Part shown: piece after piece, positions 34,533 to 42,678 of the stretch
Numbering within the stretch: the first letter of the stretch is position 1
Layout of the letters: every line of letters begins with the position of its first letter
Source: a virus
Length of the DNA stretch: 64,000 nt
Reading direction: 5' to 3' (one strand)
Virus record (IMG/VR): IMGVR_UViG_3300005100_000002
Coordinates: 1 to 64,000 of that record
The notes under the pieces: generated by a model
The model's database searches: none
Told to the model about the DNA's origin: nothing
What the model saw: only the letters and a program-made list of their open reading frames with translations
Translations under genes and position numbers: made by a program

Positions 34533-34567
34533 GGAGCCGACCCAAAAATAGGGCAGCTCAGCGCAGA
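34533..34567 (+). repeat. R-element short form (R4: termini only)
   Basis: ggagccgacc-caaaaata-gggcagctcagcgcag keeps the 5' and 3' conserved blocks of R. These can pair with each other at 7 of 9 positions. Confidence 0.5.
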
Positions 34568-34600
34568 TATTATACAACAGAATGAGAGATTATTGTCAAG

Positions 34601-36265
34601 ATGGGTATGACAGAGAGAACCATGGAATATAGAAAACACCAAAAAGAAATAGCCGGAATTATTGATGAAATTATAGATGGTCGCTCAACAAAGACAATAA
34701 TCTGTAGTTGTGTGCCAGGGAGTGGCAAAAGCATGCTGCCGCTAATAGCCGGCAAGCTTATCACGGCAGGACTGGTTGATGCCTTGTGTTGGATTGTTCC
34801 ACGATTAACACTATCATATCAGGCAGAAAGCAACTTCACAGATCCGGCTTTCCGGGAATTGCTTAACCACAAACTCACCATAAGGGCCTCAACAAACGAT
34901 AGCAACCCGTGCCGCGGTCTCCAGGGGTTCACTTCAACTTATCAAGCGCTCGCGGTCGATGACAAGCAAACAGTACTGTCCGATTTCCGGAGCAAACGGT
35001 ATATCCTTGTCCTCGATGAGGTGCATCACGTATCAAACGAAGCAGAAATTGCTTGGTACAAAGCCATAAAGCCTCTCGTTGATGCAGCAACATTCCTTAT
35101 ACTACTATCGGGAACTATGCAAAGGGGAGACGGCAAACAAATAGCCTTCATCCGATATGATCAAGTAGGCAAAAACCTATATCCCAGAATGCAGCCAGAC
35201 GAAACCACCGCCGTCATCGAATATACAAGAAGGGAAGCCTTGTCCGAGAAGGCCATCCTACCATTAAGCTTTCATCTTTCGTCAGGAACCGCGCATTGGA
35301 TAAACAAAGAAGGCGCACTTTGTGAATCAGACGTTGCACAAGCACCCAAAGATATTGCCCCACAAGCCCTCTTCACGGCAATCTCGACCGAGTTTGCCGA
35401 AACTTTATTAGAAAAAGGCATTGCACATTGGCAAAAAATAAAAGAGCGTAATGCAGGCGCTAAGCTACTCATAGTGACAGCTAATTACGCAGAAGCAAAA
35501 AAAATCGCAAGAAACCTTAAAGCGAAATGGCATAATTCAGAGATTGCAACCAGTCACGAATCCGTCCAAGCGCACCAGGCAATCAAACGTTTCAAGAATG
35601 GTACTGTGGATGTTCTTGTTTCAATCAATATGGTGGCAGAAGGTCTCGATGTTCCTAGCGTAACCCATATAATCTGTCTCACGAACATCCGGTCAGTACC
35701 CTGGATAGAACAAATGGTTGCAAGGGCGGTTAGAGTAGATCCAAATGCTGGCCCATACGAAACACAGTGTGCCTATATTTACGCCCCTGATGACGTTTTC
35801 TTTCGAGAAATTGTATCCAAAATAAAACGAGAACAGCGGCCATTCGTGAAAATGCACCAAAAAACACAAATGAAATTATTTGATAATCCCGAAGATGGTG
35901 ACGGTGTGCCTGCCTTTCAGATCCAGCCGCTATCTTCCACGCTTACCGGCAACCGGGAAGTATTCTTGGGCAACAAGGAAATTCTCCCGGAGCTGTCTAT
36001 TCCGCAAACGCCGTCAGAGATAGAAGCATCACTCCGCGACCGGATAGAGGGTCATGTTCGGCTGTTCAGTTTTAATAATCGTTACAGAAACGGTGAAATT
36101 AATTCAGCGATAAAAACATGGGCAGGGAAGCCCAGGGCAGAAATGACGGCTGCTGAGCTGGAACAAACATATGAATACATCATAGGGGCTTACCCGATAA
36201 GTCTTGTTGGCCGAGGCTCAGGGAGGCATCGGGTGCCAACAAAAGCTGAGATTTGGCCGAACTAA
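34601..36265 (+). CDS. SF2 (DEAD/DEAH-like) helicase
   Basis: Walker A CVPGSGKS, motif II VLDEVHH, motif III SGT, and the C-terminal RecA2 motifs (VSINMVAEGLDVP, QMVARAVR). Confidence 0.85.
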   Translation: MGMTERTMEYRKHQKEIAGIIDEIIDGRSTKTIICSCVPGSGKSMLPLIAGKLITAGLVDALCWIVPRLTLSYQAESNFTDPAFRELLNHKLTIRASTNDSNPCRGLQGFTSTYQALAVDDKQTVLSDFRSKRYILVLDEVHHVSNEAEIAWYKAIKPLVDAATFLILLSGTMQRGDGKQIAFIRYDQVGKNLYPRMQPDETTAVIEYTRREALSEKAILPLSFHLSSGTAHWINKEGALCESDVAQAPKDIAPQALFTAISTEFAETLLEKGIAHWQKIKERNAGAKLLIVTANYAEAKKIARNLKAKWHNSEIATSHESVQAHQAIKRFKNGTVDVLVSINMVAEGLDVPSVTHIICLTNIRSVPWIEQMVARAVRVDPNAGPYETQCAYIYAPDDVFFREIVSKIKREQRPFVKMHQKTQMKLFDNPEDGDGVPAFQIQPLSSTLTGNREVFLGNKEILPELSIPQTPSEIEASLRDRIEGHVRLFSFNNRYRNGEINSAIKTWAGKPRAEMTAAELEQTYEYIIGAYPISLVGRGSGRHRVPTKAEIWPN

Positions 36266-36284
36266 AGTAATATACGGGAGGAAT

Positions 36285-36920
36285 ATGAAACCACAGGATT
36301 GTTTGGGCTACGAAAATTGCGAACACTACAAAAAATGGAATCGATGTTATCCTGATTGTACAGATTGTATAAATAGGCATGACGAAAAGTCGGAAATAGA
36401 AGATTTGAATAAATCTGGTCACGACACAATGGAAATTTCAAGAACATGGATAATGCCTTCGATATGGACGTTCACGATGCCCCCTATTAAAAAGTTATTT
36501 ATGAAATATAGCGTAGGGGTAGGCTATGCAGATCCGTTTTCCGGCAAAAAGAGTCCAGCCGAATTTACAAACGATATTGAAGGGTTAGGAAATAAATCCA
36601 AATTAGACGGGCTTGAGTTTTTAAAAACATTCAAAAACAATTCTGTGACCGGCGTTTTGTTTGACCCACCTTATTCAGTTGAACAATGCCTGCGTAGATA
36701 TACACCTAAACATAACGGAACGGCAGGCAGAGCCGAATATTGGGCGAAATGCAAAGATGAAATAAAACGTATTGTCAATCCTGGCGGCCTTGTAATGTCG
36801 TTTGGTTGGGATAGTACAGGTATTGGTAAAGGCCGTAATTTTGGAATTATTGAGATAATGCTTTTATGCCACGGAGCTTGTCACAACGATACGATAATCA
36901 CTATCGAAAGAGCCTTATAG
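36285..36920 (+). CDS. small DNA methyltransferase with a Cys-rich N-terminal extension
   Basis: Start at MKPQDC with GGGAGG upstream. Motif IV LFDPPYS. The ~45 N-terminal residues hold 6 Cys. Confidence 0.7.
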   Translation: MKPQDCLGYENCEHYKKWNRCYPDCTDCINRHDEKSEIEDLNKSGHDTMEISRTWIMPSIWTFTMPPIKKLFMKYSVGVGYADPFSGKKSPAEFTNDIEGLGNKSKLDGLEFLKTFKNNSVTGVLFDPPYSVEQCLRRYTPKHNGTAGRAEYWAKCKDEIKRIVNPGGLVMSFGWDSTGIGKGRNFGIIEIMLLCHGACHNDTIITIERAL

Positions 36921-36935
36921 CCAGTCGTTGCAAAT

Positions 36936-36991
36936 GACCACAAAAGCAATGCCGTTTTGTGGTCTGCAATAAATTGAGGTTGCTTTTGTGG
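36936..36991 (+). promoter_or_regulatory. mutually exclusive hairpins (possible RNA switch or attenuator)
   Basis: GACCACAAAA (36936-36945) pairs with UUUUGUGGUC (36955-36964). Alternatively, CCACAAAAGCAA pairs with UUGCUUUUGUGG (36980-36991). Confidence 0.3.
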
Positions 36992-37027
36992 CAGTTGAAC
37001 TTAATCGTTATCTTTTGAGAATAAATC

Positions 37028-37354
37028 ATGATGGATTATTATTTAAAACCATTCCAAAAAAGAGCGATATCAGTATTTATGGATAAATTCGGAATAGATG
37101 CTGGATCCGAGGGCAAAGCAATGATAGCATGTTGTCATTCACTTCCCAAATATATTATTAAGCGCAATTCAACGAGCTTCCCCTTTCTTGTGCTCACAGA
37201 AGATGATAAATACGAATGGGGGTGTAGAGAAGACGCCGTCCTTTTGACAAATGAGCAATCAAAAGAAATCCAGAAAAATTTGGCGTTTAGAACATCTATA
37301 GAAGAATATAACAAATTGCTGGAGCCGACCATCAAGGTTGGTTTGTTCTCGTGA
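37028..37354 (+). CDS. hypothetical protein
   Basis: 108-aa ORF. The last 16 codons (YNKLLEPTIKVGLFS) lie inside R3. Confidence 0.55.
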   Translation: MMDYYLKPFQKRAISVFMDKFGIDAGSEGKAMIACCHSLPKYIIKRNSTSFPFLVLTEDDKYEWGCREDAVLLTNEQSKEIQKNLAFRTSIEEYNKLLEPTIKVGLFS

Positions 37355-37399
37355 AAGCATTAATTCCGCCACATAACAGCGTAGCAGCTCAGTTTAACC
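37305..37399 (+). repeat. R-element copy R3
   Basis: aatataacaaattgctggagccgaccatcaaggttggtttgttctcgtgaaagcattaattccgccacataacagcgtagcagctcagtttaacc. Confidence 0.7.
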
Positions 37400-37427
37400 A
37401 TTCTTTTTCTAAGAGGATATCAAAATT

Positions 37428-37742
37428 ATGAAATATATAAAGATTCCAGTGGGGGATGATGGTAATCCGAAAATCAGTAATAATATGAAAGCAAAGTTTT
37501 TGGGAGAGTTTACATTTTCTGGAAGGGCGGTTGGTGAAGACGGGAATGATCATATATTAAATTTTACCGTTCCTTGGACAACGTGTAAGGATATTTACAA
37601 AGAAATGGTAACTTTTGCGGTGTCAGAAAAAGAACAAGCCGTTGAAGCAGATGCGGAAAAATCGTGCGGCTTCTGCATTACGGCAAAGGGGCGAGATTTC
37701 AATTATTGCGACGTGTGTGGGCGAAAGCTCCGCACCGCTTAA
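37428..37742 (+). CDS. hypothetical protein
   Basis: 104-aa ORF with a C-terminal CxxC...CxxC. Confidence 0.55.
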   Translation: MKYIKIPVGDDGNPKISNNMKAKFLGEFTFSGRAVGEDGNDHILNFTVPWTTCKDIYKEMVTFAVSEKEQAVEADAEKSCGFCITAKGRDFNYCDVCGRKLRTA

Positions 37743-37771
37743 CTAAATCGTTATATGAATAGAGGGAAAGC

Positions 37772-37990
37772 ATGTTAGTGGAATGCGAAAACTGCGAAGG
37801 GACAGGACAAGAAGAGTGGGAAGCAGAATGGTGTGAAATCAGAGAGTTTGTCTATCGAAAATGCACGATTTGTAATGGAAAGGGTTCGATAAAAATAACA
37901 TTAGATGAGTTTGAAGAAATGCAGGAGGAGGAAGATAATCCATATAATACTAAGCAAGGCAGATCCATTAAGCAACGACGAAGTGCCTGA
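37772..37990 (+). CDS. zinc-finger mini-protein
   Basis: 72 aa with CENCEGTG...CTICNGKG, which is DnaJ-type CxxCxGxG. Confidence 0.5.
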   Translation: MLVECENCEGTGQEEWEAEWCEIREFVYRKCTICNGKGSIKITLDEFEEMQEEEDNPYNTKQGRSIKQRRSA

Positions 37991-38193
37991 TGCATTTATT
38001 GATATATCATCCGATTTGCCCATCTGTGAGACATTAGAAGATTCCGAAAAACATTACACACCGACATGCCTTTTAAGCCGTTCAAGCACAACCATTAGCC
38101 GATAGCATGCCCTGATGGTTAATCGTGCCCACAAGGGCGCTATGAGTTCTCCGAGTGTGTTTAGTTTTAAGCCTGATGGATAATACATTACTA

Positions 38194-38739
38194 TTATTTT
38201 TTTGTTAATAATTGTGTTTTATCAGATGAAGATTTTGAACTCCCGAAGAAGTAGGCCAAGACTTGACCAAACCCTGTGGCCAAAGATCCAAACAGCAAGA
38301 AAACCACACCATTTGAATCTGTCGGCAAATCACGAAAGCACAGCAATCCCATCAATCCAAAAAAACCACCGATTACTGTCCACGCCAACACGTACAGGTT
38401 AACATCTGAACTGCCTGTGATTTTCTCATGCGCCAACTGTCTTTGCCTCGCTCCTTGCACATCTTGCAAGCGCATTTCTTCTTGCTTCAAGGCAATAGAT
38501 GCAAGAGCTTGTTGGTTTTCAGCTTCAATCTTTCTCAATTTTATGGCTGCTTCAGGATCGGCTTGAATAGCTTTTAATATTTGTTCGGGCTTGGGATCTT
38601 CGTCTTCTACGCCAAATGCAGAAGCTATAAGAGATATTCCTGTACCCACGGCTCCGGCGCCAGGAATAAAACCGCCAACTACATTCCCTAAAACAGGCGC
38701 ATACTTTTTGACTACGCTTGCTATTTCTGTCCATTCCAT
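38194..38739 (-). CDS. holin (multi-TM) candidate
   Basis: 181 aa. Gly-rich N-terminal TM segment, central amphipathic helix and two C-terminal TM segments. Directly downstream of the endolysin gene. Confidence 0.55.
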   Translation of the reverse strand: MEWTEIASVVKKYAPVLGNVVGGFIPGAGAVGTGISLIASAFGVEDEDPKPEQILKAIQADPEAAIKLRKIEAENQQALASIALKQEEMRLQDVQGARQRQLAHEKITGSSDVNLYVLAWTVIGGFFGLMGLLCFRDLPTDSNGVVFLLFGSLATGFGQVLAYFFGSSKSSSDKTQLLTKK

Positions 38740-38750
38740 TTTCAGTCACC

Positions 38751-39134
38751 TTAGTAAAGCCAAAAAACTTTCTGTGGATTTTCTTCCGACATTCCAAGAT
38801 GAATAAAATTGTGCTTAAGGCTTATTCCGATGCGTTTAAACCCCGCCTCCAAAGCCGCCTTCAATATCGCAAACCTGGCATGAGAGCTATAGCATGATAT
38901 GTCTGCTCCGACGCACTGAATAGCCTCAGTCGTTATGTGATCTGAGCTTGGTTTTCCGCCGGAAACTGCATTGTGAGAGGGGCACCTACATCCTGAAACA
39001 ATTTTAAATGGAATCCTTGCAATATCCCTGGCAGTCTGGAGCCTTTCCATGAACTCCTTGTTAATGTTACAGATATGGCACGGACATTTGCAGGCAAATT
39101 CATCATAGCTAAAATTTTTTGTAAGATCACCCAT
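38751..39134 (-). CDS. peptidase M15-type endolysin
   Basis: 127 aa. FSYDEFACKC...IVSGCRCPSHNAVSGGKPSSDH...GADIS fits the zinc D-Ala-D-Ala carboxypeptidase-like (M15) pattern. Confidence 0.75.
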   Translation of the reverse strand: MGDLTKNFSYDEFACKCPCHICNINKEFMERLQTARDIARIPFKIVSGCRCPSHNAVSGGKPSSDHITTEAIQCVGADISCYSSHARFAILKAALEAGFKRIGISLKHNFIHLGMSEENPQKVFWLY

Positions 39135-39139
39135 CGCTT

Positions 39140-39829
39140 TTAACCTATTAACTTATTTTTTTCTCGCCATTCTTGAAATTTATTGTCATCTGTTTTATCT
39201 CTTGCTCCGACTTTCCGCCTTTCCAACAACTCAATAAGTTTCATTGTTCCCATCGGTGCATTAACAGGAATCTCAATCGAACTTGATTTACGATGCTGGT
39301 CTCTTATCCCTTTAGGAACGCCGTTAGTTACTATTACCCCACTTCCAATAGTTCCTGTAATTTTCCCGTCCTCAATCCGAGGGCTTTTAACAATATCAAG
39401 AAAAATTTCTTTATCGTCCGGATAAACAGCATGCTCAATAAATCGCATGGTTCTCTGATTTCGCATCACTGTTTTATCGCTTTTTATGCATTCTGTCGCC
39501 AAGGCATCATTTTTAAAATCAGCATCAGTCAGATTTAAAACTTCCTCCTCACCGCATTTAAGGATTTTATCACAACAAATTTTATTGGCAAAAATAAACT
39601 TATGATCTTCATCTTTTATCCACAAAGCAACCCCAAAATTTTCTATTGCATTTTTTATACAACTTCCATATTGGCACTCAGTTAATATTGGAGAAGCATG
39701 ATCTTGCTCAACTATAAAAAGTTGCTCTAAATCACTTTGAACTTTTGCAATCTCCAATCTGGTGACTTTTAGAGCAACCAAAATATCGGGCATCTGAGAT
39801 CTAAAAAAAGATATAAAAGACATCAACAC
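39140..39829 (-). CDS. PAS-domain protein
   Basis: 229 aa. GVALWIKDEDHKFIFANKICCDKILKCGEEEVLNLTDADF...RFIEHAVYPDDKEIFLDIVKSPRIEDGKITGTIGSGVIVT follows the PAS fold pattern. No output domain is evident. Confidence 0.55.
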   Translation of the reverse strand: MLMSFISFFRSQMPDILVALKVTRLEIAKVQSDLEQLFIVEQDHASPILTECQYGSCIKNAIENFGVALWIKDEDHKFIFANKICCDKILKCGEEEVLNLTDADFKNDALATECIKSDKTVMRNQRTMRFIEHAVYPDDKEIFLDIVKSPRIEDGKITGTIGSGVIVTNGVPKGIRDQHRKSSSIEIPVNAPMGTMKLIELLERRKVGARDKTDDNKFQEWREKNKLIG

Positions 39830-39844
39830 AACCTCGGAACCTGG

Positions 39845-40075
39845 TCAGGGGAAAAAAGACAAAATAGCCTTTAGCGTCAAAAGAAATACCGCTGAAACGA
39901 TGCCGTACATGATTTTCTCCAAATACCTTATACGAAGACCGTTGACTTTGCAAGGGTTTTCATCCTGCTTGTCTACAAACTTTGATAAGGTTTCTTGCAT
40001 TGTGCTAACCCTTTCACCAAGTAAAATCAACAACATAGAGTCTTTATCTGATTCTCGTCTAAATTTGTTTTCCAT
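39845..40075 (-). CDS. small C-terminally anchored membrane protein
   Basis: 76 aa with the TM segment IMYGIVSAVFLLTLKAILSFF. Confidence 0.5.
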   Translation of the reverse strand: MENKFRRESDKDSMLLILLGERVSTMQETLSKFVDKQDENPCKVNGLRIRYLEKIMYGIVSAVFLLTLKAILSFFP

Positions 40076-40107
40076 GTCCTATCTCGTCTCTTTCTTCGAG
40101 TGCTATT

Positions 40108-40392
40108 CTATAGAATTGCAGGATTCCGATCTTTCGCCGGTTTAACCAAGTCAGAGTTTTCTTTCTTTAGATCATTAATAATTTTTTCTTTTGCGACTAC
40201 CGAAGTATGCTTACTTCCTCGACCTGACTGTTCTACAACATAATCTATCATCTGCCTTGATTTATTTTTAAAAGCATTTGCAATCCATTCCGTAAAATCA
40301 AGCATATCAGTCATTGCAGCAGTATATTCTGCCTCCGATATTGATTCTTCTCTTATTAAAGTTCCATCGTCTTCTTGAAACAGTATTTTCAT
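40108..40392 (-). CDS. hypothetical protein
   Basis: 94-aa ORF. Confidence 0.5.
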   Translation of the reverse strand: MKILFQEDDGTLIREESISEAEYTAAMTDMLDFTEWIANAFKNKSRQMIDYVVEQSGRGSKHTSVVAKEKIINDLKKENSDLVKPAKDRNPAIL

Positions 40393-40403
40393 CTATTACT
40401 CCC

Positions 40404-41390
40404 TTAGCCTATTTTCTGGATTTGCATAACATTTTTACCGTCTGCCGCAGGGGCTGTACCATCCGACCCTTTAGTATGGTATAAAAATAGCTCTATATAA
40501 TCATTAACCGCTGTATTTAAGATAGCCGCTATGGATAAACTTAAAACTCCGACTCCACCAACATACACAACTGCGTATGCCCCAAAAGAAACTCCATTTT
40601 TTCTAAATTCCACAACTCCTGCTGCTCCATCAGGAAGAGAACTAGTAGCACCAACTCCTATACATAAGTATTTACCGGCTACGCCTACCGTAAACCTATA
40701 ATTAGCAGCATTATCAAACTCATTGTGAGTATCCCACAACTCTGTTGCTAAAACTAATTTTGTCCAAGTGCTGCTTGTTATAGTTTGATCTGAGGTCAAC
40801 TTAACCCCACAACCGCTTTGCCCTGCCATAGTCACGATACCATTATCATTAACAACAACATTTCGTTCTTGTACTCCTCTTGATCCACCATCCCCGCCTA
40901 TAAGCTTATTGTCTGCTATTACCGCAACGGCCTTGGTGCGAAGCTCCACCTCATCATAAACAGCATTTTTAGAAGGAGCAACTGCCGTTATCCCATTCCA
41001 GCCAGCCCCATAAGCTGTATCGGAGACATTAAGCCCTGATATCACCACACCATTAGCATCCAATACTGTTATTCTCGCACCATCAGTATGTAGTGAATAA
41101 CCAGCGCCAAGAGAAATTGTTTTAGGAATAAGATACCTTGGATTACCACCATTGGCCGGGTCGAGGCATAGGGTTATGTTAACTGCCGAGGTGTGTTTAT
41201 TAACGAGTATGATACTGACTACTGAGATCGCAGCTCCGGCCGTGTAAAGAACTGCCGTTAATGTCGTGTTCATCACTCCTGCTGCGAGCTGTGTGAATGT
41301 GCCTCCTGCTAATCCGTGCAGCGTATAGTCGATAACCGCATCTACCGAAGCACCGCCTTCAATTACATCTGTAGAATCTAAACAAAGCAT
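40404..41390 (-). CDS. tail fibre protein with a jelly-roll-type C-terminal domain (candidate)
   Basis: 328 aa, Gly/Ala/Thr-rich beta-type composition, located in the fibre module. Confidence 0.55.
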   Translation of the reverse strand: MLCLDSTDVIEGGASVDAVIDYTLHGLAGGTFTQLAAGVMNTTLTAVLYTAGAAISVVSIILVNKHTSAVNITLCLDPANGGNPRYLIPKTISLGAGYSLHTDGARITVLDANGVVISGLNVSDTAYGAGWNGITAVAPSKNAVYDEVELRTKAVAVIADNKLIGGDGGSRGVQERNVVVNDNGIVTMAGQSGCGVKLTSDQTITSSTWTKLVLATELWDTHNEFDNAANYRFTVGVAGKYLCIGVGATSSLPDGAAGVVEFRKNGVSFGAYAVVYVGGVGVLSLSIAAILNTAVNDYIELFLYHTKGSDGTAPAADGKNVMQIQKIG

Positions 41391-41397
41391 AATACTC

Positions 41398-41607
41398 CTA
41401 TAAGGTCCCTAAAACCGCTGCTGTAGCAAAGGCTATTCCACTTTCAGCATCAACATAAGCCTTAACCGATTGCTGCGAAGGGACCTTGGCTGCACTATCC
41501 GAAACCATATCGTCTTCATCTATAAAAAATCCATACCCGGAAGCATCAACATCCGCTACCAGTGCACAATCGGCTTGAAAGGCTATACGTTCCCAAACTA
41601 CGGCCAT
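41398..41607 (-). CDS. small fibre-module protein
   Basis: 69 aa. The N-terminus MAVVWERIAF is paralogous to that of 41861..42319. Confidence 0.5.
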   Translation of the reverse strand: MAVVWERIAFQADCALVADVDASGYGFFIDEDDMVSDSAAKVPSQQSVKAYVDAESGIAFATAAVLGTL

Positions 41608-41828
41608 TACACTTTCCTTTTCTCCGGGAAATACCCATCCTTTAATTGCTCAAGCAAGTCTTTCTTGACCAAATCCAGGACAGCGTTTACATGGACCAAA
41701 GGTAATTGCGAAGCCGCCACAAACTGCACTACTTTTGCATAGAGCACTCTGATTTGTACTTCCAGAACGTTCTCATATTTGGTCGAAAGGCTTTTGAGGG
41801 CTTCCGCGCTGTGTTCAATGGCTTCCAT
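41607..41828 (-). CDS. hypothetical helical protein
   Basis: 73 aa. The ATG directly abuts CRISPR-like repeat SRU-A. Confidence 0.5.
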   Translation of the reverse strand: MEAIEHSAEALKSLSTKYENVLEVQIRVLYAKVVQFVAASQLPLVHVNAVLDLVKKDLLEQLKDGYFPEKRKV

Positions 41829-41858
41829 GTTTCAATCCACGCTCCCCAAGGAAGCGAC
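41829..41858 (-). CRISPR. solitary CRISPR repeat unit SRU-A (type I-C-like); not an array
   Basis: Minus strand: GTCGCTTCCTTGGGGAGCGTGGATTGAAAC. It has a 5' GTCGC, a 7-bp stem (CGCUUCC/GGGGAGCG, one G-U pair) and a 3' GCGTGGATTGAAAC. It fills the 32-nt gap between two late genes. Confidence 0.7.
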
Positions 41859-41860
41859 TT

Positions 41861-42319
41861 TTAGACAATAACCGTACAACCATAAAAAGCAAGTTCATCT
41901 ACCTGGAAAGCCAGCTTGCCTAATATCGGCGTCAGGGCTATCTTAGCAGCATGGTCAGCTACATTTTGTATAACCATGTTCTGCATTTGCTGATGGTTCC
42001 AGTCAAACGCAGCGGCAGCATCCCCGCTTAAAGAGGCAAGCAGTTCGGCATCCGTTAACCCTTCCAGCCCGGCAGCGTTAAAAACGGCATGCTCGGTATC
42101 ATTCGCCGTTCCATCTATCTGCACCATGTTATCATCAGCGATGCCGATAACTATCCCGTCAACATTACCACCAGTTAAACGTCCAACTACCTCTTGTTCT
42201 GCTACAACCAGGGCAGCCGGTGTGTCGTCAACGGTTGCCGCCAGAACTGATTGAGCGTCGAAGAGTGTTTTGAGTACGGCGTTTTTTTCAAAACAAATCT
42301 TGTCCCAAGTTACCGCCAT
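41861..42319 (-). CDS. fibre-module protein
   Basis: 152 aa with N-terminus MAVTWDKICF. Confidence 0.5.
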   Translation of the reverse strand: MAVTWDKICFEKNAVLKTLFDAQSVLAATVDDTPAALVVAEQEVVGRLTGGNVDGIVIGIADDNMVQIDGTANDTEHAVFNAAGLEGLTDAELLASLSGDAAAAFDWNHQQMQNMVIQNVADHAAKIALTPILGKLAFQVDELAFYGCTVIV

Positions 42320-42334
42320 GTCATTCCTCCATTC

Positions 42335-42670
42335 TTAAATTCCAGTACAAACATACACAGACTTGTCGATACTACTATACCACATTCCACCCTCAACATC
42401 AGACGGAGCCGAAGCCGCAGGCGTTAACACTATTTCAGGTACTTCAGTAACCCCATCCGCACCCAAACTCACACCGCCCCCCAACCAGTCGCTTAATTCC
42501 TTATACTCAGATTCAAGAAAGCGCAAAAAGTTGGCCTTGGTCACCTTTTGGGTTATCGCATCCTTTACCCCTGGAAGAATATCAACCTCTCCCATAGAAG
42601 TCATTTCCGGCAAGTCGGATATCTTGACAGTCTCAAGCTCAGTTACATCAGCGAGGATTATTGTTCCCAT
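42335..42670 (-). CDS. short receptor-binding or adaptor protein sharing the tailspike N-terminus
   Basis: MGTIILADVTELETVKISDLPE... is paralogous to the N-terminus of 42679..44466. Confidence 0.55.
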   Translation of the reverse strand: MGTIILADVTELETVKISDLPEMTSMGEVDILPGVKDAITQKVTKANFLRFLESEYKELSDWLGGGVSLGADGVTEVPEIVLTPAASAPSDVEGGMWYSSIDKSVYVCTGI

Positions 42671-42678
42671 GCAATTCC

